From Chlorokybus atmophyticus (Eukaryota; Plantae; Mesostigma and Chlorokybus algae), in the NCBI GenBank assembly GCA_009103225.1, contig RHPI01002069.1:1134962-1198961 (forward strand): a stretch of 64,000 bases of DNA, read 5' to 3'. This document shows positions 48,865-61,300 of this stretch, one piece after another. The notes under the pieces are model-generated. The model was not told the origin of the DNA and made no database searches. It saw only the letters and a list, made by a program, of their open reading frames with translations. How positions within the stretch are numbered: the stretch's first letter is position 1; every line of letters starts with the position of its first letter. The position numbers and the translations under genes were made by a program.

Positions 48865-51800
48865 CTACATATCGCTGTGCGGGCGGAACCGGCTCACAAC
48901 ATCAGCAAGCACTACTTGCGTGGCCTGCAGCTCGCCTTGCATCTGCTGGATGAGCTCCCACAGCTGCTCATCAGTCATGGTGCTGATATCCCTAGTAATG
49001 AGGTCTTCACTCTCGTCCCACCCGCCCGTATCCGCATGCAGGATAAGCGAGACCTCTTCCATGGCAGCCTCCACAGTGAGGTTCCCTGCCGCGTCCTTGT
49101 TGTCATCGAAGTCATCCGTGAAGGAGTACCGCTTCTTGATTTCCTCTGTGGGCGCAAACTCCGTGCTATCGACACGCAGGTTGGGATCAATGTCTTCCAG
49201 GTCCTTCATATTGATGTGCATCTTCGCCGCAAGCCAGGTCCCGAACGCCTCCATCTTGGCTCTAGTCTGCGTGTACGCGTACGTGGCGCCGCGCGTGACG
49301 CCATGATAGATGATGCCCGGTATGTGTGTAGCCGCCACTACTCGCTTGCGGAACTGCTTCCAGGTCAGCTCCCTGTTGACATTCTTGGGGAGGTTCACTA
49401 TCGTGTCTTTTGCCGTATACGGCAGGTCCAGCAGTTGTTCCTTTAGCGTCGGGTCGTCCTCCACAACCGGCTGGACCTCTCCTCGACCTTCCATGATCTG
49501 CAGGAACAGGTGTGTGTTACTTAAGCAGTGAGCTTTGTGTTGTTGTTGTCCACAGTGTGGTGGTCATGATCACGCAAAGCTCACCATCCCAAGCACCAAA
49601 GCCTGGTTTGCTGCTCGGCGCTCGACACCATACTCTGCCAATCGGCCAATGCGCACTTTGTCTTCTCCCAAGACAGCCCCGTGTGCTTTGACCTGATAGA
49701 GCATTCATGTCAACGAAAAGTATTACATGATGTTGCCTGCTGCGTGCCCATCCCAATGAGCACAACGCGTGTCATACTCAACAACAAAGTGGTGATATCA
49801 GACCTGGTGATGGCGATACTGTTCTTCAACAAAACGATCCTTGAAGGACTTGGTGACTCCTAACCCATCATCACCGGTGTACTTGATGTGCTTGGTCTCC
49901 AGTACGTGCTTCCTTGTTTCGGCAGCCAGCAGTAGAAGAATAATCTGCATGGTGTGTGCGACATGTAGCATTATCATCCGCGCTTACACGAGCATACACA
50001 ACATGTCATTCATAACTCACCCTCTTCCAGTTTTCCAGTGCACTCCTCTGGTCGTACAGTTTATTCAGCAGCTTGTCGTCATATCGGAGGCGCCTAATGC
50101 GCAGCTCGCCCTGCTTGACAATGAAGGTGAACAGCGAGACGCTGACGATATAAAGCCCACCCAACTTTTCCAAGAAGGTGAGGGCGCCTGCATGTTGTCC
50201 AACAGTCAACATCATGGCACCCTACTGGGAACTGCTCACACACTACAAAGAAAAGTAAGCTGCCAAGTCACCTAGGTTTCTTGAGTATTCTCGCTTGTAA
50301 AGCAGGTCGCTTGGGTAAGTGACATCCATTACGATGCTGACACTTCCAGTGGCAAAGAGGTCCGCTTGCTGCATGCCAGAAAGGGAATACAGGCAGACAT
50401 TGAAAACAAGAAACCATACATCATGATAACGAGTCAGCGAAGCAGGGACCCCACTGCTGCTTGCTGGCACAAGAAGCAAAGCTACAGCGCTTTGCGCACA
50501 ATGCAACCCATCCGGCAACTTACCGTGCTCACGGTGCTGCCGTAAGTGGTGGCGAGGTACAGCACTTCAAAAAGTTGAGCCTTCCCACTTCCCGCACTCG
50601 GCTGGTAGATGACAGGCAGGAGGTGGAATATGCTTATGGTTGAAAGGGAGCCTCTAAATGAGGCGGGCCGGCTCTGCTCTGAGGCCAGAACCTGTGTGCA
50701 TGCAAGAGTTTGTTGAGTTTGTTGAGTACTACAGCTAGCAACTGGCTTGTTGGTTGCTAAACTATCTGGAGTACTCACCGTGCCAACCGTGCAAGACTCC
50801 TGCTGAACTTGGCCGACAGCATCTACACAGAAGGAGAAGTTGTAACCAGCTATGGCAACTGGTGCGGCTGGGCTTGGAAGATCAAAAAAACTGAACTGGA
50901 ATCGCGCTCCCTGTGAGAAAATCCAGTTAATGGGCCACTGATAATACCAACAATGCGCCAGCATGCATGAAACAACTCGTAGTAATAGCTAGGCTGCAGG
51001 CTTTTCACTTCAACAACTCGCACAGACGCAAGCACACGCCAACAAGCTTTCAACCGTATGTGTGTACCACCCAGCAATCCTTTTTGTTAGGCATCATCGA
51101 CACGCCACTGCCATAGCAACAAACTCTCACCTCAGCGAGTTGACCACAGCTCAGGCACGTGAAATTTACAAATAGCACGCCGTCATTTGAGTAGACGTCT
51201 GTGTGAGCCCAACAATCAGCATCTACATCATGCAACAAGCGAAGCAGTGGTAAACATATATCCATCATGACACACTTTGCGTGAGACGCGGGTCGCTGAA
51301 TACAGAGCTGTTGTCGCTGGACTGCGTCACGACTCGAAATTGGTAAGCCGCTTCATCAACGTTGCCGAAGAACGCGGCATTGAAGTGGTAATCCACCACC
51401 GTTTGGTTCAAGTCCGCCCTGGTCAACACCTGGACTTTCTGGACAACCAGAAGCTCGTACCGGAATAACTCTAGAAGCAATCTGCATTGCATGCACGTAT
51501 TGGCCAACAGTCATGCTCATGCGGTTTCATGTATACATTGATGCAGTCTGCAAAGCATGGAATAGCAAACCAACATACCCAATAAGAGCCCCTGTGAAGA
51601 AGATGTATGAGGCCACCGTCACACAACCGCCATACTCCGTGAACCGCTTCACATTGGTTTTCTGCGCAGCATCACATTATATTCAGCATCAACATACTGT
51701 ATGCATGCCGTTGTGTACAGTCTGATCACCTGCTCGTCAATCCAATGCCTATTGCGGAAGCGAGTATCGAACCGCGACAGCTGATACCGGAACTTGAGCC

Positions 51801-52170
51801 AGAAGCCCTTCAGAGGCATGAAGCGTAGGAAGATGGCGAACGTGATGAAACCCACCAGCACGAGGGCAGTAATCTCGGTGGCGACAGCCTGCAGCTTCTT
51901 CGGCTCCTGGTCGTTGATGGTTCGGCCAGGCGGCTCCAAAAAACTGTAAGACGCCTGCCAGACAGATAATCAGATCGTACAACACCCATGCATACAATGT
52001 GCTGGCTGTTGAACGCGTGTCATGTGTACCTCTAGTTCGCCTGTTGGTGATGGCTGCACTGCCGAGTAGTTGAAAGTGAGGCAGCAGCTCTGTGAACTCG
52101 GCACGAAATACGTGCCGGCAGGGCAGTAAGAGACGCCCTGGTAGAAGCTCTGCCCCTCGCACTGCGCCAT
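48865..52170 (-). CDS. Uncharacterised 3-TM protein: Cys-rich N-terminus, ERGIC/ENaC-like two-TM core, acidic helical tail
   Basis: Spliced: CPAGTY; TM0 ITALVLVGFITFAIFL; FDTRFRNRHW..KRFTEYGGCVTVASYIFFTGALIGLLLELFRY; N-glycosylation sequons in the loop; FLEKLGGLYIVSVSLF; long last exon. Confidence 0.7.
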
Positions 52171-52220
52171 GGTGATGATGTATGTTTAACAGCTACTGCT
52201 ACGCTTCAATGGCTGGGGTC

Positions 52221-53180
52221 TCAACTTCTGCGCCATCTGGCAAGCCGTTTGCTAATCTGCAAGACAGCATGTGTCACTGCATTGCTTGAGTTGATCATCA
52301 GCTGAGCGCATTCAGCTATTGCTGATTTGCAGAACAGTGCATTGTTCGACCGAAGACAGCTTCGATCAATTGGTATACAAAACGCTACGAACAAAGCTGG
52401 GGACACACTCACATCTTTGTTTCCTACGTACGCGACTACAGGTCGGACGACAGCCAGGCGCATTGCAGCAGCAGGCTCAAACTTGCGCAGACATGAGCGT
52501 TGCAGAACTTGGCCGGCAACCAGACAGCAAACATGCCATAACCATAGCTCCCAACATTCATCTGTTCTAAAACACCAAGCATGAAAGGGGTCGCCCAAGC
52601 AGCCTAAGAGGCAAGCTGAGACCAATGGCACGACAGTTTGCCAACGCTTTTACCTGAGAATGTCGAAGCCCCTCATGCTCATGGTAGCGACGGCGACATT
52701 TCTGATGGCATGGCACCCGCAAGCAGACTGCCACAGGACAGTCTTCAAGCGCCAGCCTGGCAGGCGCCCACCTGCATGCACGGCGACAGTGCCCACCTAT
52801 CCTGCGACCAACACGGCATACCACCTCCTCAACCTCAACGCCTTTTCCTTCTCCTCGTCCTGCGTACAGAGCGCCTCACTCGCCCGACCGACCGCCAGCA
52901 CGCCACGTGGCAGCAGCCCAGTAGCACAGGCGACGGCACAATGTCGCCACTGTTCAGAACAGTCCGCTTCACGACTGTTTCGCTTTGTTCACATGACTCC
53001 CGAGTCTCAACTTGATTCACTCACCTGTTACCTGAAACAACAAACTGAGGCGAAGAGTTTGTTGCTACTGTGGGTATTGTTGTTGGTGGTGGTGTTGGTG
53101 GAGGCGGCGGTGGCATTGGCGCTGGCGTCGGTGCTCGCGCATCGACATGCAGGTGTAGTGGCTGAATGTCTGTTCGAAAA
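52221..53180 (-). CDS. Possible small spliced gene of unknown function
   Basis: Several open segments can be joined in frame by GT-AG introns (MDKFSN.., SREADCSEQW.., WAPARLALEDC..). No recognisable domain. Confidence 0.25.
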
Positions 53181-53749
53181 TTTGTCCATTCCAGCCCTGG
53201 GCAGGGCTGCAGCAGCTCACCATCACAGCCATCAAGGTGAGCTGCCTGTGCTACTGTGCGTTTACGCAAGGTTGCCGTCCTGTGGGCGCTATCTGTCATT
53301 ATGCTTGTAATCCGAAGCAAGCGATGACAATCACGCAGTCACTGGGTCATAAAATCTCATTTGATTGGGATAACATTTTGTTCTTTGTCTCGGCATGCCT
53401 GACTGATGGTCAGTTAAGCATGCTTTTACTCTCTTCTGCCTCGTTTGCATGTAGGGTAGATTGATAGCATATGAATGTTTGTAGCATGCGGTTGCATGCC
53501 AATTTGCTGTCGCTGTCATCAACAGCGCTGTTGGCACATCAAGCTCGTATTGTGGATCTTCTCAGCCCAACGCTCTGTGCTTGTGAATACAGCTCGCCTG
53601 TAACATACAAAGTAAGTTGAGACCGCTGCATCAAGTGTACTCACCAGTGGCATGCAACTCTGTGAACAGGGAGAAAGCTTCTTCGGATCATGTGAAGACT
53701 ACTGCCTGAGCTGCTGAGACACTGAGTGCGGACAACTGCACAGACAAGC

Positions 53750-56700
53750 ATGGAGCAGGCAGTGGCGAAAGATTCTCTTACCAATGGAGATTGCAGCAGC
53801 GTTACGTCCAACACATCCCAAGCAACAGCAACAGGAGATGTGGTGTCAACACCGCTGCAGCAAAGGAGAGGCCACATTGCGCGCAGGATGGCTGCGGCTT
53901 CATTGCTGATGGCGCTCGCAGTGTTGGTGCACGTTGCATTGTTCCCAAGGCTTCCTGAAGTCTCACAAGCATTGCAATATCAGCTGGACGCCCCTGACCC
54001 AGCGTACACGTTGTTGTACGAGCTCACGCGCCAGCAGCAGCTAGAGTATCACGCGCGTCGCTCCCTCAGTGCAGTCGAGCCATTAATCAGCAATGGCATG
54101 CAGACAGACGTTCCAGAAGATCAGCAGGTGTGATTGTCAGATATGTTTGTTCATGACATTCAATGTTGTTTACGAACAAACATGATGTTAACAATGTGGT
54201 GTTTCAGATGAGGTTGTCTGTTGACAATGATGTGGCAAAGGAGGTTTGCGACAGGCATTGGGCGCGTGGCTTGCACGAGTTGGTTGCGGATCGCCTTGCG
54301 GGTCTGAAAGTATTTGTGGCTATGAACCTGCATGACAATGCACAGGTAACTCAGCCAGGTGCATCATGTATGGTGATGACAATGGCTGGAAGCTTGCCTG
54401 CGATCTTTGTTCGCAAGCATGTTGTGCTGTTGCAGTCAGTCTCTCCTATTCATCACAATATTGTGTCATACAGGTGGCAGCGCACATGACCAACCAGCTT
54501 CACCGGCTGCTCCTCATGCTGAAGCCAGAAAACTGCTTTGTATCCGTGTACGAAAGTGGCTCACACGACACGACTCCGGGACTTATGATTATCCTTCACA
54601 ACCTGCTAAGGTGGCCTTTTACATGCATGTGTGCGTGCACGAGGGTGATGTTATATACTTAACCAATTTCCATGACTGACGACTGTCTGTGCGTTGTTGC
54701 AACAAGCAGCTACATGAATGTTCCGCACCGCATCATTGGCAGCTCCGGTGATGTGCGCGGCAGCAAGGAGCGGATAGACTTTCTGGCAAGTGTCCGCAAT
54801 AAAGCAATTGAGCCGCTTATTGAGCCGGGCAGCATAAAGTATGACAAGGTAAGAGGAGGTTTACTGATGGTCAGGTGATCCTCCTGGCCTCTGCGTGCTT
54901 GTTTGCATGGCTGATAATTGACATGGGACTTCTGCAGGTTCTCTTCCTGAATGACGTGTACAACTGTGCGGAAGACATGTTGGAGCTTCTGCTTCATGAC
55001 GCTCACATGGTGTCTGGCTGGGACATCGGAAACATCGACTGGGGCAAGCGCAAATTGCGCTACTATGACTATTGGTGTGTGTGTGTGTGTCTTCTTTGCT
55101 ACTTGGACTATCCTCGCTTTGTTTGCGTAGTACTTGTGGGTAGACAACCTGCATGGTTTACGGTTATGGCAGTGAGACGTGGTGAAGCATGACGGGTTGT
55201 GTGTGACAGGGTTGGGCGGGACATTGACGGCTCGCAGATGACCATGTGGTGAGTAGGTTGCCAGTTAGCAAGCAGGGTACTTGCTGAAACAGCAAGCAGA
55301 ACCCTACTCAATGTTGGCTCAGTGCGCTAATGCTGCGAGGGTTGACTGAACGTCGTACCTGTACCTTCGCAGGTACCCATGGGTGGAATCGCAGCCAAAC
55401 AGAGGTCGCCTTGATGCAGGCCTTCCCATCCCAGTCTACTGTACATGGAACGGAATGGTGGCCATCAATGCAGCGCTGTTTCAGGTACAACTGTGACACA
55501 CGCACACGCAAACGCACGCGCGCATGCACGCAACAAGCGCAGCATAAACATGTGCAAACTGCCATTGCGCCCATGAGGCATGCTGCGGCTATTGCGATGA
55601 TCTGTAATACGTGTGGTTAAGAAGTTGTGTTTGCACTTGTGCAGAAGGACAAGTTGCGCTTTCGGTTCCGCAAGTGGCGAGGAGAGTGCTCGTCATCTGA
55701 AATGACGCACTTCTGTGATGACATGTGCGTTGCAGTTTGTCTGTTTCTAACCGCATGCCACCACAACTAGCCATTGAGTATGCACCTGTACTGTTACTGG
55801 CAGTTGGGCCAAGCACAAGGATGACACACGCATTGTAGCGGACCCGCGCGTGCTGGTAACGTATGGCATAAAGGAGTTCCTGGAGGTCGACCTCGCCAGG
55901 CAGAAGAAGACAATCTGGAGGCAGATTAGCTTTGACATCGGCATATATCCCAACCCGTGGAAACCAGACTATAAACCCGGTCAACCGCTTCTACAGTCGT
56001 TTCTCAACTCGCTCAACTACACGGATGTACCAGTAGTCGCCCCAGAGTTGGTTGTCTGCTGCCCAATGCAGGTAGTACCGTGTCTTGCGTTATTAAGCAT
56101 GTACCATTTGCATGAAAGTGTCTTAGTCACAGTGATGTGCGTTTTTCAGTATAAGATTTGCAGTGTACACACCCAATCCGTACTTGCCCTCTCATCCCTG
56201 CAGGATGGCCACTCGTATGCTAATGAGGGAGCTACCTGCCACTGGGAGCCGACACTAACAGGGCTCATGCACGAAGACCCGTGCCCGCAAGGCAGGTGCA
56301 TGCCGCGCGGCCTCTGCCCGGACGTGGCCAACCCGGGAGGCGGCAACACGCCCGTGTTCATCGCCATGACGCTTCACGAGGATAAAGACGTACCTGTTAG
56401 CCTTGGATGGCAGGTGTGTTGGAATGGCATGCTGGACAGGGTGTGTGTGCTGACATGCGACAGACTGCTGAGCGGATGGCATTACATGCGACAGATCTTT
56501 AAGTTGGCAGAGAAGCTCGGGCATCGCCTTCACGTGTCGTTGATCGCGCATGGCGAGAACAAGTGGCCTATCTGGCGGTCGCAGATTGCGAGCATCCTCT
56601 GGTCGCTCAGGATCCCCAGCCACCATGAACACGCACCACTGGACGAAGACTATGGCCTCATGCAGGTACACTGCCAGCATACGAACTTGCTGGGTCCCTG

Positions 56701-57064
56701 TCTACTATCTCAAAGCCACACACAGCACCTCGATGTTTCACAAAGCATTGCGATACAACTGCAGCTGGGAAAATGTCATGCTTCTGCCTGTGCTGTATGT
56801 GGTGCATGTGTGGCAAGTGCAAGCTGTACCATACGATGCTTATTATATGCTGCATTGATGCAAGTTACGCGCTGGCAGTGGACGGAGCTCAGGACGCTTT
56901 GCGGGAAGGTGTATGTGTTTCTGGTGGACCCACACACGCCGTTCTGCGCGGCCCACGTACTAGCAAGCCTCTGGGATACGACTCCCTGCCTGCCGGCCGT
57001 CTTTACGCACAAAGGCCAGGACACAGGCATAAAGCGATGCCATTTCCAGGGCAAGCCTTGTTGA
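53750..57064 (+). CDS. CAP59/GT69-like glycosyltransferase, type II membrane (3' end approximate)
   Basis: TM anchor; VFVAMNLHDN; FVSVYESGSHDTT; RIDFLASVRNKAIEPL; VLFLNDV; YYDYW; FRFR..ECSSSE..FCDDIW..RIVADPRVLVTY. Confidence 0.82.
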
Positions 57065-58399
57065 GCATGCGTGTCTTTGTTTTACGTGAGTGTTAGGCGA
57101 GCGCTCAATAACTGTGTATGTGGCTGGGAGATCTGTTGCATAGGCAACGACTTGTTGCCTATGCATTGTTTCATGGTGGAATAATTGCATTTGGGGTATT
57201 TGTTGTGCGGTTGTATGAAGTCATACTTGCTGCACTGTGTAGCTGTGATCCAGATGGCCTTTGTAAAGCGCATGGCCGACCAATCCTTAACAATGCACAG
57301 TCTGATAGCTGTGAATACGGGTAAGCAGTGGTTGCAGATGACTATTATGCTTGCCCGTAACCCTGTTCTCTCTGCTGCGGCAGTTGCCGCCTACCATGCA
57401 TGCAGCTCACAGCAATCAGCTGCCCGACCACCGGTAGGCGGCCCCCATCAGTGTGCCAAGTCTTTCTACCTGTTCTGCTATGCTGAGTTGCATGGCAATG
57501 CATGTCGATATGCATGAGCTAGCAAGGCACAGCAGACACCTTGAGAGTTATGCAATATGTATATGGTATAGCAGTCGGGGCCATTAGCACAAGTAGCACA
57601 CAAGACCAACCATCATTAACCATAGAGCCAACAGCCAGCTTACAACCACACAGCAAGCTAGCACAGCTACGGGGGGCTGGTCTATGTGCACCTATGTGCG
57701 TGCAATGGCAACAGCAACCGAGGGTGGATGGTCACAGCACAGCAGCTGGCAGCTACCTGCACAGCACGGGAGAGGAGCAGGGAGGGAGGGAAAAGCAGCA
57801 GTTAGGCCGTGACAGACCCTGACCACAAGAAAATGCTCTACCAGCCCCCAGCCGCCAGAGCGCACCGCCCAAGTAACTTATACCCCTGTTAAGAGCAGTG
57901 AAACAACGGCTGCAGGCATAGCCTATGCCAACATAGCCGTTAGCCAACGCAGTAGGCATAGGTCCGTTAGTGTGCTCAAGACAGCACACCCATACACGCA
58001 GTGCCAATGCGTGGACACCAGCACACCAGTATGTATGTCTGGCGTGAGACACTACTGACAGAGCACAAAGGTGATAGATTTAGCGGTAAGCTGCGGTCCC
58101 AGGTCTACAGGTCAAGTCTTATGCTATGCGCAGTAGATGACCTTACATTGCGATACCACGCAACGTCGCCTGCAATCACCAATGCAGACCTTGACACGCG
58201 CACATGTCGATGATTTCGATGGTGGCTGCCGTATTGCAACGGCTGTTTCATGCTCATGCACACTGTGCTTATTTGCTGCTAAGCATAGCTACACATATCG
58301 AGCTTTGTACGTTTGATGCCGGGAAGTTCCAATGCGGGGTCTACAACACCAATTCTAGGCCCTTGACATACCTACGACTAGAATCCAGTCACTGCTACA

Positions 58400-61300
58400 A
58401 TCCTTGCGACTTGGCAAGCTGCGGCAGCAGACTCGTCCTCACTGGCGTCACCACACATGACTTGTTCAGCCTCCCTGTCAAGCCAGAGAGAAGCAAAGGG
58501 AACCATCAGTCCAACATGCTCTCCGTGTGTTTATGTTTATGCGCGTATGGATGCGTGCATGCGTGCGTGCGTGTGTGCATGCGTGTGTGCACCCTATGTG
58601 CGCACGCGCCCTCTGCTGACCAGTGGCAACCACACTCTCTCACCTGTTGCGAGCATGGCCGCTAGCATGGCTCTTCTCCTCGCCGGCGTGTGTCCACTCA
58701 CGGCTGCTGCAATCGTACTCGTGTTTGCCTCTCCGCTGCTGTGCGGTCTTCCCGATCCTCCGGCCGGTGCGTTACCCCCTCCGAAAACCACGTCGTTGGC
58801 GTCGCGGTTCTTCAGGAGGAGAGTCAGCTGCTCCTCGGCCTGCTGAGCGGAACGGAGCTGCGCGCGCTGGAGACGACCCTCGCGCTCCAACTGCAGGGAG
58901 TGGGGTGGATGGGTGAGTGTGTGTGTGGGGGGGGGGGGGGGGGGNNNNNNNNNNNNNNNNNNNNNNNNNNNNNNNNNNNNNNNNNNNNNNNNNNNNNNNN
59001 NNNNNNNNNNNNNNNNNNNNNNNNNNNNNNNNNNNNNNNNNNNNNNNNNNNNNNNNNNNNNNNNNNNNNNNNNNNNNNNNNNNNNNNNNNNNNNNNNNNN
59101 NNNNNNNNNNNNNNNNNNNNNNNNNNNNNNNNNNNNNNNNNNNNNNNNNNNNNNNNNNNNNNNNNNNNNNNNNNNNNNNNNNNNNNNNNNNNNNNNNNNN
59201 NNNNNNNNNNNNNNNNNNNNNNNNNNNNNNNNNNNNNNNNNNNNNNNNNNNNNNNNNNNNNNNNNNNNNNNNNNNNNNNNNNNNNNNNNNNNNNNNNNNN
59301 NNNNNNNNNNNNNNNNNNNNNNNNNNNNNNNNNNNNNNNNNNNNNNNNNNNNNNNNNNNNNNNNNNNNNNNNNNNNNNNNNNNNNNNNNNNNNNNNNNNN
59401 NNNNNNNNNNNNNNNNNNNNNNNNNNNNNNNNNNNNNNNNNNNNNNNNNNNNNNNNNNNNNNNNNNNNNNNNNNNNNNNNNNNNNNNNNNNNNNNNNNNN
59501 NNNNNNNNNNNNNNNNNNNNNNNNNNNNNNNNNNNNNNNNNNNNNNNNNNNNNNNNNNNNNNNNNNNNNNNNNNNNNNNNNNNNNNNNNNNNNNNNNNNN
59601 NNNNNNNNNNNNNNNNNNNNNNNNNNNNNNNNNNNNNNNNNGGGTGCGTGCGCGTGCGCGTGTACACATATGTCTCTGTGTGGGTATGGTCTTGCACTTG
59701 TGTGTGAGTGCATGTGCGTGGGCATGCGTACCAGCGCCACAGCGTTCGCCAGTGCCGTTTCTCCCTCCGCCCGCACTTGCTTCAGCTGCGCTTGCGTCTC
59801 CAACCTACACACTCCCATTCATCACCCACCATCACTCAACACAAAGCCCCACTTCACAACCAAATCACAATCACCAAGCTCACCTGTCGGCGGCCCGCTG
59901 CTCGCGCAACAGTCCGATCTCGCGCGCGGCCGCACGCTCCGCCTCCGCCAAACGGGAGGCAGCAGCCGACGCCGCCGATGCCAACCGCTGCTCCCCGTCC
60001 TTCCTCAACTGCACACGAGACACACACACACACACAAGCAGCATCAGACAAACAGCCGATCAGCAGTGTTCACACAGCAACAATCACGCACACGTAAGTG
60101 ATGGTGAGTATGGTGGCTGTGTGGCATATGATCGTGTGCGTGTACGTAGAGACGAGAGATGAGACGGCGTGTGTGCGTGTGCGTGTGCACGTGCGTGTGT
60201 GCGTGCATGTGTCTCTCACTTGTGACATCTGTGCGTGTGTGGCCTGTGCCGCCGCCTCCATCTCCTCTCTGAGTGCTTCCACCTGGCTCTCCGCGCCCGC
60301 GAGTGCTTCCTCCGCCCTCTCCCGCGCCTCCGACAGCACCCTCTCTCCCTCGTCGCGCATCGCTTTAACCTGACGGTCGTGCGCGGAGGCGGCGGCGGCC
60401 AGCGCGTCGCGATGCTGACTTGTCAAGTCTGATAGAGAGGCGGCGTGACGGTCCTCGAGGTGGCGGAGAGTCTCCTGCGGGTGGTACGTGTTGTGTCGGG
60501 GGTGTTCGAGACACACGCAGACGCACGCGCATGCGCATGCGCATGCGCACAGACGGCGTGTTGTTTACAAGTACCTGTTGTAGGGCCTGCTGTTCCTGCA
60601 TGTGGGCACGCAGGCGCTCCCCGCGCTCGCGGGCCTCGTCGAGCTGGTGCGACACGCTCGCCAGCTCCGTCCGCACGCTCTCCACCTCCCTCACACTCGC
60701 CTGCACACGACCAGAAGATTGTGACATCCTCGATCCACAACCCGGGTTCCGTTTGCTCGTGAACATGCACGTGAGCGCGCAGGCATCAACACACGCACCT
60801 GCAAGGCGTCTTCTGCTGTGGTGCGCGCGGCCGCCTCGCTCTCCCGCCCCGCGCGCTCCGCCTCCAGCTTCTCCTGCAGCTCCATCACTCGACTCTGAAC
60901 AAATAAATACATCCAACAAGCGTCAGGTATCTCTGCTTGCGTAGTTCTGGTTCTTGTGATCCCAACACGGCTGTGTGTCTCTCACTTGTGCTGCGGCTGC
61001 GAGGGCGGCCTCGTTGTCTCTCAGGGCGGCGGCGAGGCGTGCCTCGAGCTCGGCGGCGCGGGCGGAAAGGGACGCGCGGTCGCGGCGGTCGGAATCGGAC
61101 TGGGCGCTTAGAGTCTTGACCTGAAGGAAGGGACGGTGAGGTGTGGGTGTCACTATACCAGTGTCTCTACCCAACACTGTGACTGTTAATGGGGCTCGAG
61201 AGTGAGAGTCTCTCACACTGCTCACAGCACTGCTTACTTGAGCAGTGAGTTTCTCCCTCTCCGTGGCGTGCTTCTTGGCCTCCTGCTCCAGCTTGGCCTC

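Noticed and set aside
58594-60162. Long ORFs of 260-490 aa
   Set aside because: They are mostly X residues from the N-gap.
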